From Mobula hypostoma (lineage: Eukaryota), in the NCBI RefSeq assembly GCF_963921235.1, contig NC_086099.1, forward strand, positions 189,286,001 through 189,350,000: a DNA stretch of 64,000 nt. Reading direction: 5' to 3'. The stretch's first letter is position 1, and each line of letters begins with the position of its first letter. Position numbers and translations under genes: made by a program. Positions 50,390 to 63,454 of this stretch are shown here, piece by piece. The notes below the pieces were generated by a model. The model did not search any database. It saw nothing but the letters and a program-made list of their open reading frames with translations, and was not told the DNA's origin.

Positions 50390-51139
50390 CTCACTTTTGG
50401 GTATAATTTTATGTTTAATTTATATTTGCTGTCTGTGCCCATGAGCCTGTGATGCTGCTGCAAGTAAGTTGTTTCACTGTACTGTACATACCTCACTGTA
50501 CATGGGCATGTGACAATAAACTTGACAGGAAAATACCCATTTGTCTAATCCTATACAACTGCTGTTCTTTTCATTGCAATCATTTTAAAATATTTTATAA
50601 TCTCTGCAAAGTATTTGCACAGCTGAAATGTAGACATAACCTCGTACAAATAGGAAGAAAATTATAAAATACTTCTCTGACCTTCAATTAAAGCAAACCA
50701 GCCCAGACATGGAAAAATATTTAAACTTATAAAAACTGAGGTGCATCCCTGGTGTAATTATTCTGTTCAAAATGTTAATTCAACAAATGTAATTAAAGAT
50801 TAAGTGATAATACTTTTTAACAGTAATAAGGAATCTGCCTCCTTTTTAGGCAGTGTGTTACAGACTCCCACCTTGTACTGGTTAAACCCACTCACCTCTC
50901 CCCCACCACACCCACTGTGAATATTGCTTCCAAGCTTTTGATGACTAAGGATAATCAATTCTTTCTTTTCATTTTTTCTCAGCTCCTCATAACTCTATAC
51001 ACTTTTATTAAATCTTCCCTTAGTCCCAAAGGAAATCAACCCAAGCTTATGCAATTATTTTCATAATTTCAGATTTTTTTTGTATTAGTTAAGATTTCCC
51101 TGTTACCATGTTGAAATTCCTTGATAATGATCAGTATCA

Positions 51140-53580
51140 TAGTAGAGTAAAGGCAACTACAGAGGAATGAGAGGAGCTGGCCAAAGTTGATAGGAAAGGG
51201 ACACTAGTAGGTATGACGACAGGACAGCAATGGCTGGGGTTTCTGGGAGCAATTTGAAAGGCACAGGATAGATACATCCCAAAGAAGTAGCCATATTCTA
51301 AAGGGAGGATGAAGGAACCGTGGCTGACAAGGGAAGTCAAAGACAGCATAAAAGCAAAAGTGAGTGCCTACAATATAGCAAAAATTAGTGGGAAGCTTTT
51401 AAAAAAATCAATAGAAAGAAATTTTTAAAAAATACAAAATAGCAATGAGAGAAAATATGAAATATGAAGATAAGCCTGCCAATAATATAAAAGAATATCA
51501 AAAGTTGTTTTCAAATATATCAAGAGTAAAAGTAAGGTGTTAGTGGATATCGGACCTTGGAAAATGAGATTAAAGGGGTAGTAATGGTGGATAAAGGAAT
51601 GGCAGACAAACTTAAGTATTTTGTATTGGTCTTCACTGCGGAAGACACCAGCAGTATGCCAGAAATTCAAGAGTGTCAAAGGGCAGAAATGAGTACAGTT
51701 GCTATTACTAGGGAGAAGGTGCTTGGGAAGCTGAAAGGTTTGAAGGTAGATAAGTCACTTGGACCATATGGATTACACCATGGGGCTCTGAACGAGGTAA
51801 CTGTAGAGATCATGGAGTCATTAGTAATGACCTTTCAAGAATCACTAGATTCTGGGATGGCTCTGGAGGACTGGAGATTGCAAATGCCACTGCACACTTT
51901 AAGAAGGGAGGCAGCAAAAGACAAGAAATTATAGGGTAGTTGGCCTGATATCAGTAATAGGCAAGATGTTGGAGTCTTTTATTAAAGATGAGGTATGTAT
52001 TGGGGTACCTGGAGGCACATGATTAAATAGGCCGAAGTCAGCATGGCTTCCTTAAGGGGAAATCTTCTCTGACAAATCTGTTGGAATTCTTTGAGGAAAT
52101 AACAGGCAGTATAGAGAAAGGAGAATCAGTGGATGGTGTTAACTTGGATTTTCAGAAGGCACTTGACAAGGTGCTACGCATGAGGCTGCCAAACAAAATT
52201 AGAGCCCATGGTTTTGCAGAAAAGATACTAGCATGGCTGGAAGCAACACAAACAAAATAGTGGAGGAAGGCCAGACAGCATCCGTAGAAAAGAGTAAACA
52301 GTCGATGTTTCAGCCGAGACCTATATCAGGACTGGAAGAAAGAGGAGAAGGTAGAGTAAGATGGTGGGGGGATGTGGAGGAAGAAGTACAAGGTGATGGG
52401 TGAAACTGGGAGGGGGCGGTGAAGAGCAGGGAAGCTGATTGGCAAAAGAGGTAAAGGGCTGGTGAATGGGAATCTGATAGGAGAGGATAGAAGATCATGG
52501 AAGAAATGGAAGGGGGGAGGTGATGGGCAGGTAAGGAGCTAGGAGAGGGAAACAGGAATGGAAGGCACTTACAGGAAGTTCTGGAAATCAGTGTTCATGC
52601 CACCAGGTTAGAGGCTACCCAGATGGAATATAAGGTGTTGCTCCTCCAACCTTAGTGTGGCCTCATGGTGGCATGAACTGACATGTCGGAATGAGAATGG
52701 GAAGTGGAATTAAAATGGGTGGCTTTTGGGAGATCCTACTTTTCCTGGCAGATGATCATAGGTGCTCAGTGAGGCAGTCTCCCAATCTATGTCAGGTCTC
52801 ACCGATAGACAGGAGCCACACCAAGAGCACTGGATACAGTAGATGACCCCCAACAAAACTTGCAGGTGAAATGTTACCTCTCCCAGAAGTACTGTTTGTG
52901 GAATATAGTGCAGCAAAGTGTATGGTCATGCACTTTCTTAAGGAATAAAATCATAGAATATTTTCTAAATGGGGAGGAAATTCAGAAATCAGAGGTGCAA
53001 AAGAACTTGAGAGTCCTTCGGCAGAATTCCCTAAAGGTTAGCCTGCAGGCTGTAAAGGCAAAGGTAATGTTAGCATTCACTTCAAGAGGGCTAGAATATA
53101 AAAGCAAGGATTTTATAAGGCATTGTAAAATGAGGCTTTATAAGGCATTGGTCAGACTGTACTTGGATTATTGTGAACAGTTTTGGAGTCCTTGTCTAAA
53201 AGACGGAGCGGGGCCAGACGAGTTTTGATTCCGGGAATGAGCAAGTTAACGTATGAAGAATGTTTGTTGGCTTGCTTATATATTGAAAGGCATATGAAGA
53301 GGATGTTTCCTACATTGGGGGAGTCTGGGACCAGGGAGCACAGCCTCAGAATAGAGGATGTTCCTTTTTGAACAGAGATGAGGACTTTCCTTAGCCAGGC
53401 AGTGGTGAATTTGTGGAATTCTTTGCCAAGTCATTGGGTATACTTAAAATGGAGGTTGATAGGTTTTAAATTAGCTAGGATGTCAAAAGGCTATGGAGAG
53501 AAGGCAGGATAATATTTTGTTGGGTGGCTAGGCTGACTTAATGGGCCAAATGGTCTAATTCTGCTCTTCTGTCTTACGGT
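51140..53580 (+). mobile_element. CR1 LINE interrupted by a Penelope element
   Basis: VFTAEDT, QHGFLKGKSSLTNLLEFFE, LDFQKALDKV, LYKALVRLYLDYCEQFWSP. Confidence 0.85.
52243..52897 (-). mobile_element. Penelope-like element remnant with a decayed hammerhead
   Basis: GVIYCIQCSWCGS (GIY-YIG). Minus strand AGTCCTGATATAGGTCTCGGCTGAAACATCGACT at ~52300-52333. Confidence 0.8.
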
Positions 53581-54280
53581 GTAATCACATTTACATTAAA
53601 AACCTCATGGAGAAATGCAGCAACGAATTGGGCCCTATCAGAGCACCCAGTGCACAGTAATCATGTGGAATAATTCTACACTAATCCCAGTTGTCTTTTC
53701 ATTCTCCACACATGCTCATCAACTCTCCCAAGATTCATAACTGCACAATAGAATTCCTAAAATTAAAGCAGAAAAAAAGGCCATGCTTGAAATATCACAC
53801 AAAATGCTGGAGGAACTCAGCAGGCCAGGCAGCATCTATGGAAAAGAGTACAGTCGGCGTCTCAGCCCAAAACTTTGACTGTACGCTTTTCCATAGGTGC
53901 TGCCTGGCATTTTGCGTGTGTTGCTTGGATTTCCAGCATCGGCAGATTTTTTTCTTGTTAATGCTTGAAATATGCTCGCGGTGTAGAGCAGGTCAGACTG
54001 CATTTGTGGATAGTAAAATGAAATTAATATTTCAGCCTGATGTCATTTTCCTCATATTCTAATAAAAATGGTCATCAGCCAGAAATGTTGACTATGTTTC
54101 TGCTGACTGCTTCTAGTATTTTCTGTCTCAAGCCTATCCTGACTGCTACCCTGGGTGTTAGTTGATAACAGTGGTTTCTATTATCTTCAGTTAAATGTGC
54201 ACTTGAGTGAACCCATTGGCCTGTGATCTGACTTCTGCAGTCTGTGTGGAATTTATACTTCACCCTGTGACTGTGGGAGT

Positions 54281-54563
54281 GGGCACGTGGCCAAGCGGTT
54301 AAGGCATTGGACTGGCGACCTGAAGGTCGTGAGTTCGAGGTAACGTGTTGTATCCTTGAGCAAGGCAGTTAATCACACATTGCTCTGCAACGACACTGGG
54401 TCCTAATGCCCTTCCCTTGGACAATATTGGTGTCGTGGAGAGGGGAGACTTGCAGCATGGACAACTGCTGGTCTTCCATATAACCTTGCCCAGGTCTGCG
54501 CCCTGGAGAATGAAGACTTTCGCAGATCCATGGTCTCGCTAGACTAACGGATGCCTTAAAAAA
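54281..54563 (+). mobile_element. tRNA-derived SINE with an RTE-type tail, nested in a V-SINE-like element
   Basis: Head GGGCACGTGGCCAAGCGGTTAAGGC...GAGTTCGAG; tail CCATGGTCTCGCTAGACTAACGGATGCC; flanking repeat GACTGTGGG. Confidence 0.75.
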
Positions 54564-54860
54564 GGACTGTGGGTGCTCCAGATCCCTCCCATATCCCAAA
54601 CATAGGCAGGTTGGTAGGTGACTGGCTGTTGTAAATTGCTGTTAGTGTATAATAACTGTAGAATCAGTGGGGGGGGGTGGGGGGGTGGGAAGGTTGATGG
54701 GTTGGGTGGGTGAGAGTAAAATGGGATGAATGTAAGTGAACGCCTCAGATTAGCATGGCTCAGAGAGCTGGATTCGGTACGGAGTTGGAAGCATGTCCCT
54801 CCTGTTGGTGCTGCCCTCCAGTGTTTGCTGAGTGGAAGACAAGCTGGATTGTATTAGTCT

Positions 54861-54963
54861 GCTGCACTTTTGTGAGAAGAGAACTTTTGCCATCTGTTCT
54901 TGCAAAAACATGGCTGCACTTTTGTGAGAAGATAACTTTTGCCATCTGTTCTTGCAAAAACAT
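54861..54963 (+). repeat. 52-bp tandem duplication
   Basis: GCTGCACTTTTGTGAGAAGA(G/T)AACTTTTGCCATCTGTTCTTGCAAAAACAT occurs twice, at 54861 and 54913. Confidence 0.9.
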
Positions 54964-55420
54964 TTCTCCATGCACCATCAATCTATAGGCCATGACCCTC
55001 AGAGACTTGGGCTAAATATTATTTTTGTGACTGTATGTTTTTCTGCAACCATAATTGTATGTGCTGTGTTTCGTTTGGCTGTATTCCTGTGTTTGGTTGA
55101 ATGATAATTAAACTTGAACTTTTCCACACTTTGACAGTGAATGTCTAGTCAAGTCATCAGTCTATGGAGACTGACCTCAGCTTCCAGTAGGCAACAGACT
55201 CATATAGAGAGAGTGTTTGTGTTATGAAATAGATATGCTGAAATCAATCAGTAAAATTTAACATTTATTTCCTCTTATAAACAAAAAATATATTTCAAGA
55301 ATCTAAATTGAATATTAAGATGGTATAATGTCTTAAAATGGTTTTATCATTGATACATAAACTTTAACCTTTGTCATTCTTGTTTAGCTGTTTTAACCTT
55401 TTTATTTTCCTATTGTTTAG

Positions 55421-55549
55421 GTAACGGTCCCTCTAAGTCAGCTGATCAGCACCTTCCATTCACTTAAAAGCTCAGCAAGCTCAGTTAGTTCTGCATCCAT
55501 ACAGTGTCTCCAGCGAGAAAAACCACAAGAGCATGATCAAGTGAATGAG
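55421..55549 (+). CDS. YME1L1: YME1L1 coding exon 2
   Basis: Polypyrimidine acceptor ttgtttag|; VTVPLSQLISTFHSLKSSASSVSSASIQCLQREKPQEHDQVNE; donor gtaatt; 129 nt, phase 0. Confidence 0.92.
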
Positions 55550-56647
55550 GTAATTGTTCATAATGAAAAGTGAGTTTATATAACCCAAAACACTTTTGCA
55601 GATGTGTTATTAAATCAATACTTCCCTCAAAAAAGATCAAATGTCTATGAGTGCAGTGCTGCAGAATACTGCTACTTTATACATGAAATGGGAAAGCTGA
55701 TTTCCTACTGTGATGCTGAAGTGTATCATAACTTGACAAAGACGTAGGGATAGAAGATACTCTGCTTTCACAGGCACGAAGAGAAATTATGTATAGAAAA
55801 ATGTGCAGTATCTAATTAGGTACAATTAAGCTATAGAATATTGGAGCATACCAGATCAGAACATCTCTTTCATTGGAGGAAATGGTCTTGAATGGCTTTA
55901 ATACTCTTCTACTTGCAGTTTACTTTTTATTCTAAAATTAATGACTTCACCATTTTCTCCAAAATTAATTTTCCAAATGGAAATTCTTAATGCATCCAGA
56001 AAACTTGAGTTGGGTATAAATATTTGCATTTTGTGATATATTTACAATGTAGGTGGGGGGGTGTTGCATTATTAAGTAGGGACAAAATCGCAATTGCACT
56101 GAAATGGGATATAATAGAAAGCTCATCCACTGAGTATATATGGGTACATAAGAACATAAGAAATAGGAGCAGGAATAGGCCATCCGGCCCATTGACCCTG
56201 CCCCGCCATTCAATGAGACCATGGCTGATCTGTCTGTAAATGGGTAGAATCAAAAGTAAGAAGTTGCAGTCATTCTGATGGGATAATACTACAGTCCCCC
56301 AATAGCCAACATGACTGAGGAATATTGAGGAGGCCATGGACCAAGTGGCAGGAGAGAGGTTAACGGAGACAGACGAATGGCCATGGGAAACATAGAGGGA
56401 GCGGAAAGCAGGGTTGGGGGAGAGGTTAAAATGTGTTTGGTGGTGGAATCCCTTTGGAGATAATGGAAGTTGCAGTTGTGGGTGACTTCAACTTCCCTAA
56501 TATAAACCATGACGGATTTTGTTAGGTGCATTGAAAAGGGTTTCTTGAGTCAGTATGTAGACGATTTAATGAAAAGAGGGGCCATACTTGACCTGGTATT
56601 GGGAAATGACTATGGGAGTTTGGATGTCTAGAAAGTTGGTGAATTTA

Positions 56648-57870
56648 TAGTTGCAAGAAAAAGTTTGTGAACCCTTTGCAATTACCTGTTGTTCTGCAGT
56701 AATTACTCATAAAATGTGAGACTGATCTTTGTCTAACTCATAATAATAGAAAAACACAATCTGCCTAAACTGGTAACACACAATCAATGGTACTGTTCAT
56801 GTCTTTATTAAACACATTGTTTAATCATTCACAGTCTAGGCTGGAAAAAGAATGTGAACCCTTATAAATAATAACTAGTTGAACCTCCGTTAGCATCAAT
56901 AACCTCCAGCAAATGTTTCCTGTTGCTGCTGATCAGACTTGCACAACAGCGAGGAGGAATTTTAGGCCATTCCTCCATAAAAAACTGTTTCAGTTCATCA
57001 ATATTTCTGGGATACCTTGCATGAACTGCCCTCCTCTGGTCCTGCCACAGCATCTCAATTGGCTTAAGGTCTGGACTCTGACTTGGTCATTCTAAGACAT
57101 GAATTTTATTATTTTTAAACCATTCTGTTGTTGATATACTCTCATGTTTTGGATCACTGTCGTGTTGCATTATCCAGTGTGCAGTTCCCTTTTTCCTCCA
57201 AACATAGCGATGTGCATTTCCGCCAGAAAGTTCAACTTTTGTCTCATCTGTCCACGGAACATTGAACCAGAAGCATTGTGGAACATCCAGGTGGTCTTTT
57301 GCGAACTTGAGACGTGCAGCAATGTTATTTTTAAAGAGCAGTGGTTTCCTCCATGGTGTCCTTCATTCTTGTTCAGTGTTTTTCTTATAGTGAACATATG
57401 AACATGGACTTTAACAAATTCCAGAGATTTCTGCAGGCCTTTTACTGTTACCCTTGGGTTGTTTTTCATCTCCTTCAGCACTGCATGTTGTGCTGTTGTT
57501 GTGGTCTTTGCAGGACGCCCACTCCTAGGGAGAGTAGCAACAGCACTAAATTTGTGCGTCTTTTTTATAGGGCGGGGCACCTCTACAACCCACACCTCCA
57601 ATCTCATCTCATTGATCAGATCACCTGACTCCATATTGTTGAATGCATTACCCTAGAAGTTCACATACTTTTTTGAACTTAGACTGTGATTGTTTAAATG
57701 GTGTACTCAGTATTGATGAAAAAAAGTGTAATTGTTTGTGTGTTATTAATTTAGGCAGATTGTGTTTGTCTATTATTATGATTTAGAGAAAGATCAGACC
57801 ACATTTTATGAGTAATTAATGCAGAAAAACAGGTAATTGCAAAGGGTTCACAAACTTTTTCTTGGAACTG
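56648..57870 (-). mobile_element. Tc1-family transposon, internally deleted, inserted in a CR1
   Basis: Ends TA|TAGTTGCAAGAAAAAGTTTGTGAACCC and GGGTTCACAAACTTTTTCTTGGAACTG|TA, with ~210-bp inverted ends. Fragments LPRSGRPAK and LKQFFMEEWPKIP...GGSTSY. Confidence 0.9.
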
Positions 57871-57872
57871 TA

Positions 57873-58810
57873 GATGGATGATACAAAGATTGGTGGTGTA
57901 ATGGATAGCATATAATGTTGACAAAGGAGGCAGCAGGGTATAAATAAGCTTTCGATAAGGGTTGAGAAAGGGCAGGTGGGCAAGTTGTATATTCTGATGA
58001 TAGGAAATATAGAAAGGTCTACATTGTCACTAGAAGAAACATCCGTCTCACATCCACTCTGTCAAGATACTTAGGCCAAGTGTGAGGTTTTGCACCTTAG
58101 GTGATCAAATGGGAAGGGAAAATACACAGTTAAAGGCGGCACTCTTAACAGTATTGATGTACAGTGGGATCTGAGGCCCAAGACCTTGGCTTCCTGAAAG
58201 TAGCTGTGCAGGTTAACAGGATGGTGAGGAAGCCATAGGGCATGTTTGCCGTGATTAGTTAAGGAACTAAGTTCAGGAGTCAGAAGGTTATGTTGCAGCT
58301 TTATAAAACTCTGGTTCAACTACATCTGGAGTATTGCTTTCAATTCTGGTCTCCCCATTATAGGAATGATGTGGGGGTTTAGGGTGGGCGTAGAAGAGGT
58401 TTAACAGAATTCTGCCTGGATTAGAGGACATGTGCTGTAAAGATAAGTTGGACAAATTTGTTTTCTCTGGAGCGGCAGAGACATTGAGGAGACTTGATAG
58501 AAGGTTATAAGATTTTAGGAAGCATAGATAGACAACCAATATCATTTTGAAGAGTTGAAATGTTTATTATTGGGAGCATGCATTTAAGGTGAGAGGGAAT
58601 AGTTCGAAGAAGGTGTGCAGGGTAGGATTTTTCACACAGTGGTGGGTGCCTGAAATACTCTGCCAACATGAATGTACAAAGAATGGAGAGATATGGACAC
58701 TGTGTAAGCAGAAGGGGTTAGTTTAGTTAGGTATTTAATTTCTAATTTAATTAGTTCAGTACAACATTCTGGACCTGAGCTATGCTGTACTGTTGTATAT
58801 TCTACTCTAC
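57873..58810 (+). mobile_element. CR1 LINE RT/3' remnant (upstream part at ~56240-56640)
   Basis: DDTKIGG motif, LYKTLV..HLEYC motif and a CR1 tail. Confidence 0.75.
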
Positions 58811-58967
58811 TGGAGTATGTCATTTCACACAAATCTACATGCTTATAGAACATAAAAAAGCTATCTGACTATCACTGTCTTATTTTTACCTGTCCTTTCT
58901 TCCTTTTTGTTTATTGATCTTCAACTCATATGTATCCTTCATATATTTAGATGATAGGAAATATCTG

Positions 58968-59568
58968 TGTAAGTCTCAGGTCGCTCAACTCGGGTTCGTC
59001 TAGAGGAGGCAGCCTTCAGCCCTGCCCAACTGAGTAATCAAGTTTTGTGTGGATGCTATGTAATGTACCCCAGTACAAACCCACAATGCAAAAATCAGAC
59101 AGTACACCATAAGCGATTAAATGATTACACTTTATAAATCTTACTTTGTGATGTGATTAATAGAGAAACAACTGTTATTGAAAGTATCAGTTCGTGCACA
59201 GGAAAAAATGTTGGAGTCCTCCAGTGTCCTTCCATAAACAACCTCTGCTGAAATCCCGCCAACCTTCGGAACCTTGAATTTCCGTGTCCGCCACTCCGTG
59301 ATCACTGAACGCTTCCTGCACTCGTCCTCCCTCTTCGCCCGCCTGGCCTGCAAAAACGCACGAACCAACTCGGTTCCCAGACATGCAAGGTAGAATAACA
59401 TGTCGCCCATTGGTTAGTTCCATTATCTGTAGTTATAACCCAAACATCACAACTACAGAGAACCCATTACATCAGCAGTTAACATTACAGGGAAGCCATT
59501 TTATTATAACACTGCAGAGAAGCCATTTTATCAGCCTTAGTAGTTAGCATAAAAGAGAACCCCTTACA
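58968..59568 (-). mobile_element. Solo LTR (Gypsy-like)
   Basis: TCTG|TGTAAG ... CTTACA|TCTG: TG..CA ends, 6-bp terminal inverted repeat, 4-bp TSD, 601 bp. Strand assignment is tentative. Confidence 0.85.
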
Positions 59569-59759
59569 TCTGTATTGTCACAAGAAGAAACATCCCCTCC
59601 GGAACCAATACCACATCCTTCCTGTAGTGTGTAGACAGTAATAATATTACAGCAATAGCCTTTGGTTCTGATCTTCTTACTACAGCGAAGGTAACTTTAA
59701 TTAAGTCACATCTCACTCTTTGAAACTGTAGTGAATGCAACCCATTCCTTTCGATATTT

Positions 59760-60330
59760 CGAGATTGAAGAGATTTGGTATATCAACAAATACAGTCAAA
59801 AACTTCTATAGATGTACTATGGAGAGCATTCTGACAGGCTGCATCACTGTCCAGTATGGGGCGGGGGCTGGGGGGAACTACACAGGACTGAAAGAAGCTG
59901 TAGAGGGTTGTAAATTTAGTCGGCTCCATCTTGGGTACTGCCAGGACATCTTCAAGGAGTGGTGTCTCAGAAAGGCAGTGTCCATTATTAAGGACCTCCA
60001 GCACCCAGGGCATGCCCTTTTCTCACTGTTCACCCTGTTAACTTCAGGTACAAAAGCCTGAAGGCATACACTCAGCGATTCAGGAACAGCTTCTTCCCCT
60101 CTGCCATCTGATTCCTAAATGGACATTGAACCCCTGAACACTACCTCACCTTTTTAATGTATTATGTCTGTTTTTTGCACAATTTTAAATTATTCAATAT
60201 ACATATGCTGTAATTGATTTAGTTATTATTATTTTTTTCTTCTATATTATGTATTGCATTGAACTGCTGCTGCTAAGTTAACAAATTTCACGACATATGC
60301 CAGTGATAATAAACCTGATTCTGATTCTGA
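59760..60330 (+). mobile_element. Rex1/Babar-type LINE 3' fragment
   Basis: RLKRFGISTNTVKNFYRCTMESILTGCI; (GATTCT)n tail. Confidence 0.8.
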
Positions 60331-60816
60331 TATAAGCCTAGCGAACCTCGGAAATGCTTTCAACACATTTACATCCTGTGAATAAAGAGAGTAAGGTTTT
60401 CTTGATTGGGTCTCATCAATACCATCAGTTTGCCTGTCTGCGCATTCCATTTGCCTGCATTAGGTCTGTGTCATTTTGCAACTTTCCTATCCAAATACCT
60501 GCTTTTTAATATTTGTATATGCCTCTGTCACCTCCTGGCTGTTCTTTGCAGATATTTATGTGGAGGAACTTATCTCTCAAACTTCAGTTAAATTTCTTCT
60601 CTCTCTTAAGCCCATGCCCTCACATTCTAAATTCCTTGTAATTTTATAAATCATTATAAGATCACCCCTGGCCTTCTATATGACACTGAGAATAAACCCC
60701 ACCTGTCCAATCTCTCGTAACTATAGCCCTCACTTGCAGACAATACCCTAGTTAATCTTTTCTGAACTTTTTCAATTGCTACCACATCCTTCCTGTAATG
60801 TAGTAACTATATTATA

Positions 60817-61079
60817 AACTTGGCAAATTTCGGGAAATTTGGGACATTTTCTACAAGTTTCTGGAGAACAATATTCAGGATGATGAAAGTAATGAACTGA
60901 ATTAACTTTTTTTAATGGCGGGGTGTTTGCTTTTTTTGTATGTGTTTTTTTTTCTTTTGATTTTTTATGTATTCTGTTTTTTTTTTCTTTTCTTTAACTT
61001 TGTTGTACTTTCAAACCTATGGATGATCTAATGTGTTTTCTTTTCATTCTGTAAAAGCAATAAAGAGATGTTTAAAAAA
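60817..61079 (+). mobile_element. Extreme 3' fragment of an L1 with TSD
   Basis: TSD AACTATATTATA at 60805-60816 and 61080-61091; KFREIWDIF ORF2 end; AATAAA and an A tail. Confidence 0.75.
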
Positions 61080-61254
61080 AACTATATTATATCAATTGCT
61101 TTTGGTTCTGATCTTCTTGCTACTGCAAACATGGTTTCTACATCAAATGCTTTCATAATTTGTAGCCTCTTTCAAATCACCCTCAGTATTTTCTGGTAAA
61201 AGTAAGCTTGGCTTCTCCAATATTTCCTAATGAATTTAGTGCCACTTCTGATAA

Positions 61255-61748
61255 GACCATAAGACAAAGGAGCAGAAGTAGGCCATTCGGCCCATCGAGT
61301 CTGCTCCGCCATTTTAAATGAGCTGATCCATTTTATCCTATTTAGTCCCACTGCCCCCCCTTCTCACCATAACCTTTGATGCCCTGGCTACTCAGATACC
61401 TATCAATCTCTGCCTTAAAGACACCCAATGTCTTGGCCTCCACTGCTGCCCGTGGCAACGAATTCCATAGATTCACCACCCTCTGACTAAAAATTTTTTT
61501 TCGCATTTCTGTTCTGAAAGGGCGCCCTTCAATCCTGAAGTCATGCCCTCTCGTACTAGACTCCCCCATCATGGGAAACAACTTTGCCATATCCACTCTG
61601 TCCATGCCTTTTAACATTCGAAATGTTTCTATGAGGTCTCCCCTCATTCTTCTAAACTCCAAGGAATACGGTCCAAGAGCGGACAAACGTTCCTCATATG
61701 TTAACCCTCTCATTCCCGGAATCATTCTAGTGAATCTTCTCTGTACTG
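61255..61748 (-). mobile_element. CR1 LINE 3' fragment (young)
   Basis: Uninterrupted ORF 61342..61725, YSLEFRRMRGDLIETF...FSQRVVNLWNSLP. Confidence 0.9.
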
Positions 61749-61892
61749 TAATATCTGTAATAAATATAAACTGTAATATCTCCCATCAGTTTTTTATTTG
61801 CTTGGTTCAACTTTGTCAAACCTTGTCTGCTTTTTGGGGGTTTCCCCCGAAGATCTGAATTTTTTTTACTATTGCCTTGGTACCCAATGTCA

Positions 61893-62630
61893 TAGTCATA
61901 GTCATTCTTTATTGATCCCGGGGGAAATTGGTTTTTGTTACAGTTGCACCATAAATAATAAATAGTAATAAAACCATAAATAGTTAAATAGTAATATGTA
62001 AATTATGCCAGGAAATAAGTCCAGGACCAGCCTACTGGCTCAGGGTGTCTGACCCTCCAAGGGAGGAGTTGTAAAGTTTGATGGCCACAGGCAGGAATGA
62101 CTTCCTATGACGCTCTCTGTTGCATCTCGGTGGAATGAGTCTCTGGCTGAATGTACTCCTGTGCCCAACCAGTACATTATGTAGTGGATGGGAGACATTG
62201 CCCAAGATGGCATGCAACTTGGACAGCATCCTCTTTTCAGACACCACCGTCAGAGAGTCCAGTTCCATCCCCACAACATCATTGGCCTTAGGAATGAGTT
62301 TATTGATTCTGTTGGTGTCTGCTACCCTCAGCCTGCTGCCCCAGCACACAACAGCAAACATGATAGCACTGGCCACCACAGGCTCATAGAACATCCTCAG
62401 CATCGTCCGGCAGATGTTAAAGGACCTCAGTCTCCTCAGGAAATAGAGACAGTTCTGACCCTTCTTGTAGACAGCCTCAGTGTTCTTTGACCAGTCCAGT
62501 TTATTGTCAATTCGTATCCCCAGGTATTTGTAATCCTCCACCATGTCCACCCTGACCCCCTGGATGGAAACAGGGGTCACCGGTACCTTAGCTCTCCTCA
62601 GGTCTACCACCAGCTCCTTAGTCTTTTTCA
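61893..62630 (-). mobile_element. Rex1/Babar-type LINE, 5'-truncated, with an intact ORF remnant
   Basis: KKTKELVVDLRR...YKYLGIRIDNKLDW...YFLRRLRSFNIC; (ACTATG)n tail; TSD CAATGTCA at 61885-61892 and 62631-62638. Confidence 0.9.
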
Positions 62631-62737
62631 CAATGTCAGTGTGTGTATATATATATTGAGTGTTGCTTACATCCACATCCTCCTCTGCTTTTCTTTTGCT
62701 TAGACTAGTTCAAAGAACTTAAGGTTATTTAATTAAA

Positions 62738-62923
62738 CAGTGGTCCCCAACCTCCGGGCCGCGGACCGATACCGGGCCGCAAAGCATGCAGGGGTGCAGC
62801 GGTAGCCGGAACCTAATTAATTAGCTTGTTTATTTCGGCTTTTTTTCTTAAAGATGTGCTGGGTGCATTCCGGCTACCGCTGCACTCCTGCATGCTTCGC
62901 GGCTCAGAGGTTGGGGACCACTG
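62738..62923. mobile_element. hAT (Charlie-like) MITE with internal palindromic arms
   Basis: TIRs CAGTGGTCCCCAACCTC and GAGGTTGGGGACCACTG. Internal inverted pair GCATGCAGGGGTGCAGCGGTAGCCGGAA / TTCCGGCTACCGCTGCACTCCTGCATGC. Confidence 0.85.
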
Positions 62924-63454
62924 ATTTAATACACCAGTTAGTGCGTCAATAGGAAACACCCTTTTGATTATTAATTATAATAAAACTTTTAACTCATTCA
63001 TGTGCACTTTGAACCTCCTTAGATTTCCTGGTTCTTGAATCAACTTAACATTTAAGTTAAATTTCAATATGATTAGTAGCATACAGTGCAGAAACAGGTC
63101 TGTCTGGCCCATTTAGTTCATCCCGACTAAGAGTCTCATCTCAGTTCTTCCCATTTTCCCCATATCCACTAAACTTTTCCTATTCATGTACCTGCTTAAG
63201 TGTCTTTTAATTCTAAATACTGCAAAAAGTTATTTTCACTCATGTATTAAGCTGGCTATTGAATTATTGTTTAACATTTTTCTGCAACACAAATGTGTGG
63301 TTTTAAAAACTGATCAGTTTCAGCGGGAGTACATTAAATCAGATTTTGCAAACTTTAAAAGATGTTGGTCTAAAACTTGTTTTAAGTAAGATAAAGCAAT
63401 TTTAAAAAATGGTTATAATCTGTTAAAGTTGTTTTTGTTTTCTTTTATTTTCAG

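Noticed and set aside
54281-54345. Possible tRNA genes (also ~10855-10920)
   Set aside because: Pol III boxes are present but there is no complete cloverleaf; both continue into SINE bodies and tails.
54668-54712. G-quadruplex-like G-runs (also the C-tract at 12740-12767)
   Set aside because: Low-complexity tracts inside repeats, with no evidence of function.
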